Of a stretch of 64,000 nt of DNA, positions 53,906-63,695 are shown piece by piece. Numbering within the stretch: the stretch's first letter is position 1; each line of letters begins with the position of its first letter. Source of the DNA: Actinomycetes bacterium (GTDB lineage: Bacteria; Actinomycetota; Acidimicrobiia; Acidimicrobiales; JABEUL01); assembly GCA_021790815.1 (NCBI GenBank), contig JAJYFT010000003.1:19977-83976 (forward strand), in the 5' to 3' direction. The notes under the pieces are model-generated. The model searched no databases and was not told where the DNA came from. It worked only from the letters and a program-made list of their open reading frames with translations. A program made the translations under genes and the position numbers.

Positions 53906-54255
53906 AAAATCCTCCGATTGCTAGAGAAGAAACTGTCGTTCATTGATATGTCATGAGACGCAAGAGCTTTAGTTGAAACAGAAAAAAGGGCAGGCGCGGG
54001 CACGACATCATTTATCTTACACGATTTTCCGCGCGCATATTCAATTTTGCACATTTTGGCCCCTAAAAACTCAAATGTAGTGGAAATCTTCAAATCCACA
54101 ACACCTTTATCAAAGGCTATCGCGGTCAAATCGCTGTCTCCATATTCCATATGGCTACACTTCCTGCAACTACCTATCGTATTGCCAGGATGCGACTTGC
54201 AATTTTTGCCAATGTGCAATACTTTGACGGTATTACTTAATTTGCTAATTGTCAA
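53906..54255 (-). promoter_or_regulatory. rpoB promoter and about 315-nt structured leader
   Basis: TTGACA-17-TACCGT (54255-54227); multiple hairpins; GC-rich arm followed by T6. Confidence 0.6.
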
Positions 54256-54278
54256 GTATCCTCTCAGGTAATTATTCC

Positions 54279-54671
54279 TTACTTGAGTTCTACAACAGCA
54301 CCAGCAGCCTCTAATGCTGCTTTTGCTTTTTCTGCATCAGCTTTTGAGACTTTTTCTAGTACTGGCTTTGGTGCAGCATCTACCAGGTCTTTTGCTTCTT
54401 TCAATCCTAAACTCGTCAATGAACGAACTTCTTTAATAACTTGGATTTTTTTATCGCCTGCGCTACTTAAAACAACATCAAATTCATCTTGCTCTTCTTC
54501 TTGAGCAGCGTCACCACCTCCCTGTGCGGGTGCGGCTGCCACTGCTACAGGAGCCGCTGCCGTTACTCCAAACTTGTCCTCAAACTCCTTGAGAAGTTCG
54601 CTCAGTCTCAAAACACTCATGTTAGAGATAGCATCCAATATTTCTTCATTTGTTAGTTCGGTTGTTGCCAC
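54279..54671 (-). CDS. rplL: Ribosomal protein bL12
   Basis: [26 protein letters not shown]. Confidence 0.99.
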   Translation of the reverse strand: MATTELTNEEILDAISNMSVLRLSELLKEFEDKFGVTAAAPVAVAAAPAQGGGDAAQEEEQDEFDVVLSSAGDKKIQVIKEVRSLTSLGLKEAKDLVDAAPKPVLEKVSKADAEKAKAALEAAGAVVELK

Positions 54672-54707
54672 CGTTTCTCCTTTTCTTTTTTAAATTATTT
54701 AAACTGT

Positions 54708-55229
54708 TTAGTTATTCTTATCGATTAAAGCTTTTAGACCATATGCAAAACTACGAGGTAACGCCTCAAAAAGGCCTGCCAAGTTAGTTAGGGGTGCTTG
54801 GAACGCACCTGCTAAACGCGCTAGCAACTCTTCTCGAGAAGCAAGTTCCGCCAACGCCAAAGCTTCTTTTTGAGTGATTGCATTTCCATCTAAAATTCCA
54901 CCCTTTAAGATCAGACTGGGATTAGATTTTGCAAACTCTTTAAGAACTTTAGCGACCGAAACGACATCACCGTCAACGAATGCAATTGCAGTCGGTCCTG
55001 TCAAAAGTGAGTCTAAACCTTCATAGTCATTAGCATCTACCGCTCGCTTCACAAGTGTATTCTTGAAAACCTTGTAGTGCCCACCTGCTTTGCTCAAATC
55101 ACGTCGCAATTGAGATATTTCAGCAACAGTGAGACCCCTATATTCAGTAAAGAGTGCTGCGCTTGAATTACTCAATCGTTCAGATATTTCAGCAACTTGT
55201 GTTACTTTCTCTTGTTTTGGCTCACCCAA
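54708..55229 (-). CDS. rplJ: Ribosomal protein uL10
   Basis: EYRGLTV, KNTL, GPTAIAF; start moved to TTG 55229 behind AAGGAG. Confidence 0.98.
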   Translation of the reverse strand: MGEPKQEKVTQVAEISERLSNSSAALFTEYRGLTVAEISQLRRDLSKAGGHYKVFKNTLVKRAVDANDYEGLDSLLTGPTAIAFVDGDVVSVAKVLKEFAKSNPSLILKGGILDGNAITQKEALALAELASREELLARLAGAFQAPLTNLAGLFEALPRSFAYGLKALIDKNN

Positions 55230-55257
55230 TTTTATCTCCTTAAACACTTATTTTCAG

Positions 55258-55356
55258 TAAAAGCCAGGAGAACGCACAATAAATGTACTCGATTCTGAAC
55301 CTACTCTGGCAGAAATATCTATTACGCATAAACTGCACCAGAGGTCTCCGGCTTCT
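55258..55356 (-). ncRNA. Probable L10 leader (r-protein autoregulatory RNA)
   Basis: Between rplA and rplJ; GGAGAC-CTCTGG...CCAGAG-TAGGT kink-turn-like core; flanking arms AAGCCGGAG/CTCCTGGCTT pair. Confidence 0.7.
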
Positions 55357-55390
55357 AAACTATTTTACACTAATTTTGAACTACCTTAAA

Positions 55391-56116
55391 CTAAGCGGTT
55401 TGTTCAAGCTCCTCATCAGTTAATCTAACTTTATTAGGATCAATCTTCACACCAGGACCCATTGTTGACGAAACTACAACGGATCTGATGTATTTGCCTT
55501 TTGCGGCGGCGGGTTTCACTCTTAACAGTTCGTCTAGGGCTGCCTTAAAATTTTCCAATATTGAATGATTTGAAAACGATACTTTACCTATTGGAAGATG
55601 AATATTGCCTACTTTGTCCGTTCTATACTCAACTCGACCCGATTTAAACTCTACGACTGCCTTTCCAACATCTGTGGTTACTGTTCCTGTCTTCGGGTTT
55701 GGCATCAAACCTCTAGGTCCTAATATCGGTCCCAACTTTCCAACTTGAACCATTAGATCAGGAGTCGCAATAGCGACGTCAAAATCCATAAAACCTTCAT
55801 CTTTTACCCTTGCGACGAGATCGTCTGCCCCTACCACATCCGCTCCAGCTTGCTTTGCTTCTTGAGCAGCGTCACCAGCAGCAAAAACTGCAACTTTTCT
55901 TGTTCGGCCAGTGCCAGAGGGCAAAGAAAGGGTCCCTCTTAACATTTGATCTGCTCTGCGTGGGTCAACACCTAGCCTTACCGCCAAATCAACTGTCTCA
56001 TCGAATTTAGCTACACCAAGGCTTTTAATAAGCTCTATGGCTTCAGCTGGGGCATGAAGGTGTTGCTTATCATAACGCTTTTCTGCATCTTCTAATCTTT
56101 TACCGTAATTACTCAA
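55391..56116 (-). CDS. rplA: Ribosomal protein uL1
   Basis: [27 protein letters not shown]. Confidence 0.99.
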   Translation of the reverse strand: MSNYGKRLEDAEKRYDKQHLHAPAEAIELIKSLGVAKFDETVDLAVRLGVDPRRADQMLRGTLSLPSGTGRTRKVAVFAAGDAAQEAKQAGADVVGADDLVARVKDEGFMDFDVAIATPDLMVQVGKLGPILGPRGLMPNPKTGTVTTDVGKAVVEFKSGRVEYRTDKVGNIHLPIGKVSFSNHSILENFKAALDELLRVKPAAAKGKYIRSVVVSSTMGPGVKIDPNKVRLTDEELEQTA

Positions 56117-56121
56117 CTCTA

Positions 56122-56550
56122 TTACCCCGCAACACTAATGCCCATTGATTGAGCGGTTCCAATTACTTGTTTTTTAGCAGCCTCAAGATCATTTGCATTG
56201 AGATCAGGTAGCTTAAGTGATGCTATTTCTTCAACTTGTGCATTCGTGACCGATCCAGCATTAGTTCGACCAGTCGTTGCAGATCCTTTTTCAATTCCAG
56301 CAGCTTGACGCAGCAGAACTGGAGTTGGTGGAGTCTTTAAAATAAACGTAAAGCTCTTATCGTCATAGATTGAAATTTCAACCGGTATAGTTGTACCTTT
56401 TTGGTTTTCAGTTGCCGCATTGTACTGCTTACAAAACTCCATAGTTTGAACACCATGGGGGCCAAGTGCAGTACCAACGGGTGGTGCAGGCGTTGCCTGC
56501 CCAGCTGGAAGTTGAATTTTAACGACTGCTGTTACTCTTCGTTTTGCCAT
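56122..56550 (-). CDS. rplK: Ribosomal protein uL11
   Basis: [23 protein letters not shown]. Confidence 0.99.
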   Translation of the reverse strand: MAKRRVTAVVKIQLPAGQATPAPPVGTALGPHGVQTMEFCKQYNAATENQKGTTIPVEISIYDDKSFTFILKTPPTPVLLRQAAGIEKGSATTGRTNAGSVTNAQVEEIASLKLPDLNANDLEAAKKQVIGTAQSMGISVAG

Positions 56551-56696
56551 TTCTTTAATCCTTGTTAATTAGCGAAAATATTTGCTATTCGGAGACACTA
56601 TTATATGTCAATTTTGAACTGCATATTTCATGTCGCCCCTTTCGTAACATATCACCTGAGATAAATTACAATTATAAGTGCGTCATTTATGTTATT

Positions 56697-57332
56697 TTAA
56701 AGCTTTGAAACTTGACCAAACTCAAGTTCGACTGGTGTCTCTCGACCAAATATATTCACCAAGACCTTGACTTTTAATTGATCTTCACTAATTTCTGCTA
56801 TTTGACCTGAAAAATCGGCGAAAGGTCCTTCTTTAACCCTGACAGTTTCTCCGATATCATACTCGAGCTTCGGCTTTGATCGTTTAGAGGGCTCTTGACC
56901 ATCAATTCTAATTTGAAGAATTGTCTCTACTTCACGCCTAGACAAAGGAGTTGGAAGATTTCCTGCCCCAACAAAACCAGTAACTCCCGGTGTTCCTCGG
57001 ATGACTGCAAATGCCTCATTATCTCTTTCACACCTGGTAAGCAAGTATCCTGGGAAAACTTTTTTCGATGAAATCGATTTTTTCCCACTCTTAAATTCAA
57101 CTACGTCTTCCATTGGTATTACTACTTCGTGAATTTTATCTTCCATGTGAAGCGAAACAAGCCTATTCTCAAGATTTGATTTGACTTTTTTTTCGTATCC
57201 GGCGTACGTATGTACTACATACCAATGTCCTGGAAGGTCAAAAGGACTAGAAGCTTTTGGGATCTCCTCCTCATTATATTCATCGTGATCAATATCACCT
57301 TCGAAACTCTCTTCGACGTTATCTACGTCCAT
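56697..57332 (-). CDS. nusG: Transcription factor NusG
   Basis: [31 protein letters not shown]; start moved to ATG 57332 behind GGGAG. Confidence 0.98.
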   Translation of the reverse strand: MDVDNVEESFEGDIDHDEYNEEEIPKASSPFDLPGHWYVVHTYAGYEKKVKSNLENRLVSLHMEDKIHEVVIPMEDVVEFKSGKKSISSKKVFPGYLLTRCERDNEAFAVIRGTPGVTGFVGAGNLPTPLSRREVETILQIRIDGQEPSKRSKPKLEYDIGETVRVKEGPFADFSGQIAEISEDQLKVKVLVNIFGRETPVELEFGQVSKL

Positions 57333-57345
57333 CAATACTCCCATA

Positions 57346-57663
57346 TCAGGTCTTAAATAAGAATGCAACAGCTTTTGTACACCCATAGTCAATGCCAAAA
57401 ACTAAACCACCGATCAGCACTAGTGTCAAAATTACAACGGTTGAATAGTTTGTCACTTCTTCACGGTTTGGCCAGGCAACTTTACGAAGTTCTGCTCTTA
57501 CTTCACTTAAAAATATAGATAAACGCTGAAAGATATTGCCCTTTTTTTCACTCTCAGGGCGATTCTGTAGAGTTTTAGGTGCTTTAGCTTGAGGAGCGAC
57601 CGGCTCACCTTCGCTGTCAACAGCTCCTACTCTTTGCATTAATCTTTTTTGTTCTCGATTCAT
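57346..57663 (-). CDS. secE: Preprotein translocase SecE
   Basis: [12 protein letters not shown] plus one TM helix; lies before nusG. Confidence 0.96.
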   Translation of the reverse strand: MNREQKRLMQRVGAVDSEGEPVAPQAKAPKTLQNRPESEKKGNIFQRLSIFLSEVRAELRKVAWPNREEVTNYSTVVILTLVLIGGLVFGIDYGCTKAVAFLFKT

Positions 57664-57703
57664 ATTTTCCTCTTATGCAAATTACCTATATCGATCTTTT
57701 AAG

Positions 57704-57776
57704 CAGGGCAGAAGGGACTCGAACCCCCAACCGTCGGTTTTGGAGACCGGTGCTCTACCAATTGAGCTACTGCCCT
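57704..57776 (-). tRNA. tRNA-Trp(CCA)
   Basis: AGGGCAG TA GCTC..GAGC A CCGGT CTCCAAA ACCGA..TTCGAGT..CTGCCCT G; CCA end not encoded. Confidence 0.97.
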
Positions 57777-57905
57777 TGGATGGGTTACATCGAATACCAT
57801 CTGCTAAGCATTGCTATCAAAACAGTTTATAGGCATTACTTACTAACCATTGTAACGCAAAATTACGTGTACCATCAGTAAATTTTCATACTGAAGCAAA
57901 CAATG

Positions 57906-58262
57906 CTAAATATTTGCAGTTTTTCTTATAATTTTAGGTAGTACTTTTGACACTACTGCAGCACTTATCGATAGAAAAATAATAGCCACTCCAGCAAACC
58001 CAATCGCTAAATTCTTCTTTGTTTCATTCAACTGATCTCGATGAACAGTCTCTTCGATTAATTCTAGCGTTCTAATTAAATTTTCGTTGTTGAGATGCAA
58101 ATCGTTGGCTTCGATCTTTTTCATCATCCGAATTAACCCTCTATACTGGGCCAACTCTGCCTGACACCGTATGCAAGTCGATAGGTGGCGAGATGCACGA
58201 CCTTTTATCACGTCATCATCCGCAATTTTGGGCAAATTTGAGACTACTTGGCTACAGTTCAT
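57906..58262 (-). CDS. Zinc-binding (ZAS) anti-sigma factor with one TM helix
   Basis: MNC..HLSTCIRC (HxxxCxxC); C-terminal hydrophobic segment; ATGA overlap with the sigma stop. Confidence 0.85.
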   Translation of the reverse strand: MNCSQVVSNLPKIADDDVIKGRASRHLSTCIRCQAELAQYRGLIRMMKKIEANDLHLNNENLIRTLELIEETVHRDQLNETKKNLAIGFAGVAIIFLSISAAVVSKVLPKIIRKTANI

Positions 58263-58882
58263 CTCAGTTTTCCATTTTTTGAAGGCTTGCTCTTTGAAAA
58301 ATACTCTTCCTTTAAACAAGCTCTAGCCCTATGAAGTCTCACCTTTGCTGAAGATTTAGTGATTTTGAGCTCTTTGGAAATTGCTTCATGGCTTAGTCCG
58401 TAAACGTCCTTCAAAACAATTACAGACCTATAATCTGGGGACAAACGAGAAAGTGCCGCGCTTAACCGTTCAACTTCATATGAAAAACTGGCTCTATGCT
58501 CAGGATCGTTTGAGATATTTCTGTCTTGAAGTTCCATAGAATCTCCAAGCTCCTCACAATCATGCTTCCGAGCTTTTTTAATGTAACTAGCTGCACAGTT
58601 AACTGTTATGCGAAACATCCAAGTTGAAAAGGAGGAATCCTTCCTAAATTTGGACAATGATTTAAAAGCACGCAGATATGACTCTTGCACCACGTCCATA
58701 GCGTCATCAGCATTCTGAGTTATCCTAAACGCTAGAGAATAAGTTTTTTGGAAAGTATCTCTCACAAGCAATCCAAAAGCTAAGTGATCACCGTGCTGAG
58801 CTCTTTCAATCACCTGAGATTCATCAAAATCTTCAGTTGTTTCAAAGCTGTCATACCGTTGTAAAGCCGGGTTAACCACCAC
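58259..58882 (-). CDS. ECF sigma factor (sigma-70 group 4)
   Basis: DAMDVVQESYLRAF, FSTWMFRI, region 4 LSHEAIS..KVRLHRAR. Confidence 0.93.
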   Translation of the reverse strand: MVVNPALQRYDSFETTEDFDESQVIERAQHGDHLAFGLLVRDTFQKTYSLAFRITQNADDAMDVVQESYLRAFKSLSKFRKDSSFSTWMFRITVNCAASYIKKARKHDCEELGDSMELQDRNISNDPEHRASFSYEVERLSAALSRLSPDYRSVIVLKDVYGLSHEAISKELKITKSSAKVRLHRARACLKEEYFSKSKPSKNGKLR

Positions 58883-58971
58883 TAATTGTCTCTAGATAGA
58901 ATGCCTGCACCACGAAGATCTCCTTCAACAAAAATCTCCCTTATCAGCATTTTTAGTAGTGGTATCAAAAG

Positions 58972-59136
58972 CTATCTAGTCTCTTTGTGAAGAGTATGCT
59001 TTTTGTCCCAACGACAGTATTTCTGAATTTCCATTCTTTCTCTGTCATTTTGCTTATTCTTCGTTGTAATATAATTTCTTCTTTTGCAGTCTTCACACGC
59101 TAAAGTGATCTTAACTCTCTTTTCATTTTTTGCCAT
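58972..59136 (-). CDS. rpmG: Ribosomal protein bL33 (not in the ORF track)
   Basis: Translated by hand: [54 protein letters not shown]; GAGG SD. Confidence 0.98.
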   Translation of the reverse strand: MAKNEKRVKITLACEDCKRRNYITTKNKQNDRERMEIQKYCRWDKKHTLHKETR

Positions 59137-59319
59137 ACTTACCTCGTAAAATGTTATGCGATCCTAAGGTTTTAAGTTTAGTGCACGTACCATTTCCGTT
59201 TTTCAATTCTGCTGATTTGTTTAATTGCAAAGCCTGCAATTCAGCAAATACTCTTTTTAAATTTCATGTCTACCAATAAATTCTCAACCTACAGCCACAG
59301 GCTGCATATATCATACTCA

Positions 59320-59352
59320 TTTGCCTCTTTCACTACTAACGAAAGAGGCAAA
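59320..59352 (-). terminator. Hairpin after tRNA-Met
   Basis: TTTGCCTCTTTC-N9-GAAAGAGGCAAA, 12-bp perfect stem. Confidence 0.65.
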
Positions 59353-59364
59353 CAATAATTTCTG

Positions 59365-59438
59365 TAGCGGCGGCGGGACTCGAACCCGCGACCACACGAT
59401 TATGAGCCGTGTGCTCTGACCTACTGAGCTACGCCGCC
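59365..59438 (-). tRNA. tRNA-Met(CAT), elongator type
   Basis: GGCGGCG TA GCTC..CACGG CTCATAA TCGTG..TTCGAGT..CGCCGCT A; lacks initiator features. Confidence 0.93.
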
Positions 59439-59443
59439 TCCTG

Positions 59444-59516
59444 AGCCCCCTGTCGGAATCGAACCGACGACACCAGCCTTACCATGGCTGTGCTCTGCCT
59501 ACTGAGCTAAGGGGGC
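59444..59516 (-). tRNA. tRNA-Thr(GGT)
   Basis: GCCCCCT TA GCTC..CAGCC ATGGTAA GGCTG..TTCGATT..AGGGGGC T. Confidence 0.96.
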
Positions 59517-59572
59517 TAAAGATTTATGCCATTTCGCTTATTTACAATAATAACCTCATATAGCCTTAAAGT

Positions 59573-60073
59573 GTGAACGTTGTTATACGCCTTTCAGAAA
59601 TAAGTGATGCTGAATCTATTGCACAAATTTATAATAGAGAAGTTTTGGAATCTTTTTCGACATTTGACCTACGACCAAGAACTATAGAAGAACAGTTAGA
59701 TTTAATGAGAGGACATGGCGGAGCTTACCCGATAACGGTTGCCACCATTGAAGATAAAATTGCTGGATTTGCATCACTTTCTCCTTACAAAATCAGACCT
59801 GGTTACTCTACAACTGTTGAAAACTCAGTGTATGTCGCCAAACAATTCAGGAACCTTAAAATTGGTACTACTTTGCTCGAGGACATTATTCTAAAAGCAA
59901 AATTGCACGGTTTTCATACCATCATTGCCAGAGTAAGCAATCAAAATCTAGCGTCAAGTCGACTCCACGAGACTTGTGGATTTAACCTCGTCGGGATAGA
60001 AAAAGAAGTCGGTAGAAAGTTTGGTCGTTGGCTAGATGTGTCAATATATCAGCTTATGCTTGCATCTGGATAG
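59573..60073 (+). CDS. GNAT acetyltransferase, phosphinothricin/methionine-sulfoximine (YncA/Pat) family
   Basis: IYN, STFD, YSTTVENSVYV, NLASSRLH, EVGRKFGRWLDV. Confidence 0.9.
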   Translation: MNVVIRLSEISDAESIAQIYNREVLESFSTFDLRPRTIEEQLDLMRGHGGAYPITVATIEDKIAGFASLSPYKIRPGYSTTVENSVYVAKQFRNLKIGTTLLEDIILKAKLHGFHTIIARVSNQNLASSRLHETCGFNLVGIEKEVGRKFGRWLDVSIYQLMLASG

Positions 60074-60247
60074 AAAATAATCAACCAAAAATCGTTCCTT
60101 AAAACCATTTCAGATTAATTGCTAAAAACTTTTTTACTTTATTTTCCAGCAATAAAGCGTCAATATAAATACGGTAGTATCTGCTAAAAGAACTCTCTAC
60201 CACTGAGGTGATCTCAGTGAACGTGGATGACCGAAGATAGACTGACA

Positions 60248-61882
60248 TCAAGAAACGACAGATACTTGATTACCAGTTTGGTCCTTCAACACTCTGTTGA
60301 CCCTGAAATACCACGGGATAACTGGAGCAAAAAGAACCACTAACAGAATTAGAGCCGATGGGACCAATAAAAATGGACTTGATATAACAAGTTGTTTTAC
60401 AAACGTTTTGCCACCAGGAAGTCCAAAAAACGTTGAAATTACCGCTAACACCATTGCAAACTTCCTAAATTTACCCTTAGAAGTAAACGAAAGTATCATA
60501 AAACCCCAGGACAAATACCAAGGTTGCACAACTGGACTCAGCATAACTATTATGACAAAAGAAATACCCAGATTATTTATCCATTCTGTCTTATGACTGT
60601 TTAAAAGAAGAAATAACGCGATCAAAAGTGATAGCGCTGTACCTGTATCTCTAAATATCACCATAATCAGATCCGACGATACATTTAAACCTATTCCGTC
60701 GATAAGTCTAATAACTCCTTCTGCTAAAACTGTTATTGGCGACAACCAACTTTCAACTGAGTCTGGGGCATTTAAGACTTTTACCCATCCCCAACCATAA
60801 CCTGTTGGCCAGGTGACTAAGAACATAACTACGATAGAAATTATCCCAGAGTAAATCAAATACTTAAATCTCTCGACATAGTTTGATCCGGCACCAGGCC
60901 AATTCCAGCCAATAAAAGCTACTCCAAGCAGTGCTGGAGCTTTAATAAGTGCAGCAATAGCACACAAACCTATTCCAATTACTGGCCTATTGCTAAATGC
61001 CATAGCGACTCCAGCAACCAAAAACCCAACCATAAGACCATCATTGTGAATGCCGCCAATAAGGTGTATTAGGGTGATAGGATTCAAGATCCCAAATACA
61101 AATGCACGAGCAGGATCAACTCGTAACTTCCTTGCAATTATCGGAAAACAAGCAGCCGCCAATACCACCCCAGCTAGGCCCATTACCAACCTTAAAAGCA
61201 CAATTGAAATAAGCTCCACATGATGGCTTATGTCCATTATTAAAGAGGAGATAGATAGGTCTAGAGGGCCATATGGAACTGGAGTATTTTGCCAGAGTCT
61301 ATCAACTTGATTGAAATAGACATTAGCATTTGCGCCTAAAATGCTTACTCCATAGTGATAAGGGCTAATACCTCTACTTGCCATCTCCCCTTGGGCCGCA
61401 TACGAATACGAATCCCTACTAAACAGTGGTGGTGACATGAGCAGAGGAAGTGTCCAAAGGATCGCTACATAAGCGAGGTATTTAATTGGGATTCCAGGCT
61501 TTAAGGTAACTTTCTTATGGAGTGACCACCAGGCTCGTATAAAGATTATCAGGCCTACATACCCTCCTACTAGACCTATGAAAAGTCCGATTGATGGCGA
61601 CGTTATGGGATTTGTCAATAGCGATTGACTGCTAATGCCAAAAAACCACGCACCTGGGAGTTTAAGTGTGAACGGGGATGCAGGCTGGATAGCGCCAAGC
61701 ACTACCAAACACATTGAAGCAAAACCTAGCCACATTGGCTTCCCTATAATTCTCCAGACTGAATCCGCCCCATCCTCATAATTAGGACTGTTCACACTCT
61801 TTGACTCAATAAGAGATGCATGATAAAACCTATTTACACACTTAACAAATGGTGAAACTATTGGAGAATTAAGTTGAGTCAT
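60248..61882 (-). CDS. mptB: Polyprenol-phosphomannose alpha-1,6-mannosyltransferase (MptB-like, GT-C)
   Basis: PPLFSRDSYSYAAQG, WQNTPVPYGPL, GGIHNDGLM, PVVQPWY; multiple TM segments. Confidence 0.85.
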   Translation of the reverse strand: MTQLNSPIVSPFVKCVNRFYHASLIESKSVNSPNYEDGADSVWRIIGKPMWLGFASMCLVVLGAIQPASPFTLKLPGAWFFGISSQSLLTNPITSPSIGLFIGLVGGYVGLIIFIRAWWSLHKKVTLKPGIPIKYLAYVAILWTLPLLMSPPLFSRDSYSYAAQGEMASRGISPYHYGVSILGANANVYFNQVDRLWQNTPVPYGPLDLSISSLIMDISHHVELISIVLLRLVMGLAGVVLAAACFPIIARKLRVDPARAFVFGILNPITLIHLIGGIHNDGLMVGFLVAGVAMAFSNRPVIGIGLCAIAALIKAPALLGVAFIGWNWPGAGSNYVERFKYLIYSGIISIVVMFLVTWPTGYGWGWVKVLNAPDSVESWLSPITVLAEGVIRLIDGIGLNVSSDLIMVIFRDTGTALSLLIALFLLLNSHKTEWINNLGISFVIIVMLSPVVQPWYLSWGFMILSFTSKGKFRKFAMVLAVISTFFGLPGGKTFVKQLVISSPFLLVPSALILLVVLFAPVIPWYFRVNRVLKDQTGNQVSVVS

Positions 61883-62143
61883 CTAAACACTTTGTGCGAG
61901 TTTATTTCCATCCATAATGAGCGCACTTAAAAAGTTTACAACGATTATTGCACTCAAAAGTTTCATAAATTAAATCTAGCAACTAACAATCAAAATTTCC
62001 ATGTGTAGATCAAATATAACCTCAAATATATTAAGGTTTCACTTCATATCTTCTCACCCCAACACACTTTGCACCACCCAAGTAGATTAATCCAGAGGGC
62101 ACTGAAATAATGGAAATAATCAATATTACTTGCCACAAAACGG

Positions 62144-62225
62144 TGGGCCGGGTAGGATTCGAACCTACGTAGGCGTAACCAACAGTTTTACAGACTGCTC
62201 CCTTTGGCCACTCGGGAACCGACCC
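62144..62225 (-). tRNA. tRNA-Tyr(GTA)
   Basis: GGGTCGG..CCGAGTGGCCAAAGG..GCAGT CTGTAAA ACTGT, long variable arm, TTCGAAT. Confidence 0.96.
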
Positions 62226-62328
62226 ATCAAAGATATATTCTAGACCAAAATAGTGGATAAAACATTTAAAAATAACTTTCAATTTTCACATATGTTCTCA
62301 GTCCAATATTTAGAGGTATGCTAGTTCT

Positions 62329-62817
62329 ATGCCAACTTTTGACGTCACTTCAACAGTAGAGAACCAAGAAGTTAAAAATGCAGTAGATCAAGCAACGCGA
62401 GAAGTAAGAAATAGGTATGACTTCAAAGACAGTGATACTCAAATCAATATTCTAAAAGACTCAATCGAGTTGGAAACATCAAGCACTGATAGGCTGCGAG
62501 CACTAAATGACTTATTAGATGAGAAATTTATCAAACGTGGGATCTCCCTGAAAAGTTTCGTTAGGGAAAAGCCAGTCGAAGGTTCAAAATCAAGAATGCG
62601 ACAAAAGATCATGATAGTTTCTGGAATCGATCAAACTAAAGCCAAAGCTATAAATTCGTTTATTAAAGGCTTAAACATTAAAAACGTTTCTTCATCAACC
62701 AATGATGATCTCATTAGGGTAACTGGCAAAAAGCGAGACGACTTACAGGAAGTAATTCAAAAGCTTAAAGAAGAAGACTTTGATATTCCTCTTCAGTTCG
62801 GAAACTTTAGAGAGTAA
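62329..62817 (+). CDS. yajQ: YajQ family nucleotide/c-di-GMP-binding protein
   Basis: MPTFDV, NAVDQ, RYDFK, RVTGKKRDDLQ, LQFGNFR. Confidence 0.95.
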   Translation: MPTFDVTSTVENQEVKNAVDQATREVRNRYDFKDSDTQINILKDSIELETSSTDRLRALNDLLDEKFIKRGISLKSFVREKPVEGSKSRMRQKIMIVSGIDQTKAKAINSFIKGLNIKNVSSSTNDDLIRVTGKKRDDLQEVIQKLKEEDFDIPLQFGNFRE

Positions 62818-62823
62818 TTTAAG

Positions 62824-63695
62824 TTAAATTCTAGCCACATCGAATTTAGCCTTTGGTTGAATAACTTTAGGCATATGGTCATTGACTGTTTTATGCATAA
62901 AGCAGCGCTGACGTGGAGGTGTGGGTGTGTGGAGAGTGTTAGGAAATATCTCGCTAATTGCAGCCCATAGCCGCATAGCACCGTCACTTACACAGAGTTT
63001 TGGTTCTAAGAAACCTCTGGCTTTTAAGCTAAGTAATAACTCTGTCCATGACTGGGTTGATTCACGTATTCCATCTTCTAAAGCAATGACATATTTAGTG
63101 CCGGTTTCATCTACTCCAATCACTACAAGTACACAGACTTTAGGATTTCCTCCTCTGATTTCTTGGTAGATTCCGTTAAGGTATATAAAACATTATGTTT
63201 TGATAGATCTCTATTATTCCAATCATCAAACTCTTTAACCCAAGACTTTTTCATCTGAGTTAAAACACTAGGACTAAGCCTATTAGCTCCTTTGCCAAGT
63301 ACTACTTCTAATACCGATGCTATATCTTTTTCTGAAATACCTTTTAAATAAGCATAAGCCGCCCAGGCAGAGACAGATTTAGAATGCCTTAAGTATTTAG
63401 GTAGAGGTGAAATTAACTACTCCACCGCTTTTTTTAGATCTAATTCTTGGAACCTTGACTTCAACATTTCCAATTGCAGTAGTAACTTCCCTAGTAGGTA
63501 AATAACCGTTCCTGATAGTTTCAATTCCATTTTGGTTTAACTCAGCAAGAACAGCTTTAACTTCGGCTTCTAGAGCAACTGAGATAAGATTTTTAGCGTA
63601 ATTTCTTAAAAGTTCAGTTATAGTATCTTTAACTAAAAACCGGTTTGCTTTTCCCTTAGTTGCATTTGAAATAAATTCTGGAGTTATATTGACAT
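62824..63695 (-). pseudogene. Degenerate, 3'-truncated IS256-family transposase
   Basis: Fragments DTITELLRN..EAEV, RNGYLPTREV..VPRIR, GVDETGTK..RESTQSW..LKARG, SDGA, QRCFMHK lie in several frames; the first catalytic D reads N (YLNGIY). Confidence 0.88.

Noticed and set aside
53902-54271. ORFs 53902..54255 and 54047..54271 as proteins
   Set aside because: No recognisable motifs; the TTG start is the -35 hexamer; the region is better explained as the rpoB leader
56551-56696. Adjacent TTGACA and TATAAT, or an L1 leader, upstream of rplK
   Set aside because: The hexamers abut with no spacer so cannot form one promoter; no convincing L1-binding motif seen
57675-57881. 68-aa plus-strand ORF
   Set aside because: Antisense shadow of tRNA-Trp
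60201-60219. Hairpin CACTGAG-gtgat-CTCAGTG between the GNAT gene and mptB
   Set aside because: Plausibly an ordinary terminator between convergent genes; too weak to call or flag
62031-62282. 83-aa minus-strand ORF
   Set aside because: Reads through tRNA-Tyr; spurious
62911-62940. TG-rich tract GGTGTGGGTGTGTGG in the IS256 remnant
   Set aside because: About 18-bp low-complexity insertion between CTCCAC copies in a pseudogene; most simply replication slippage
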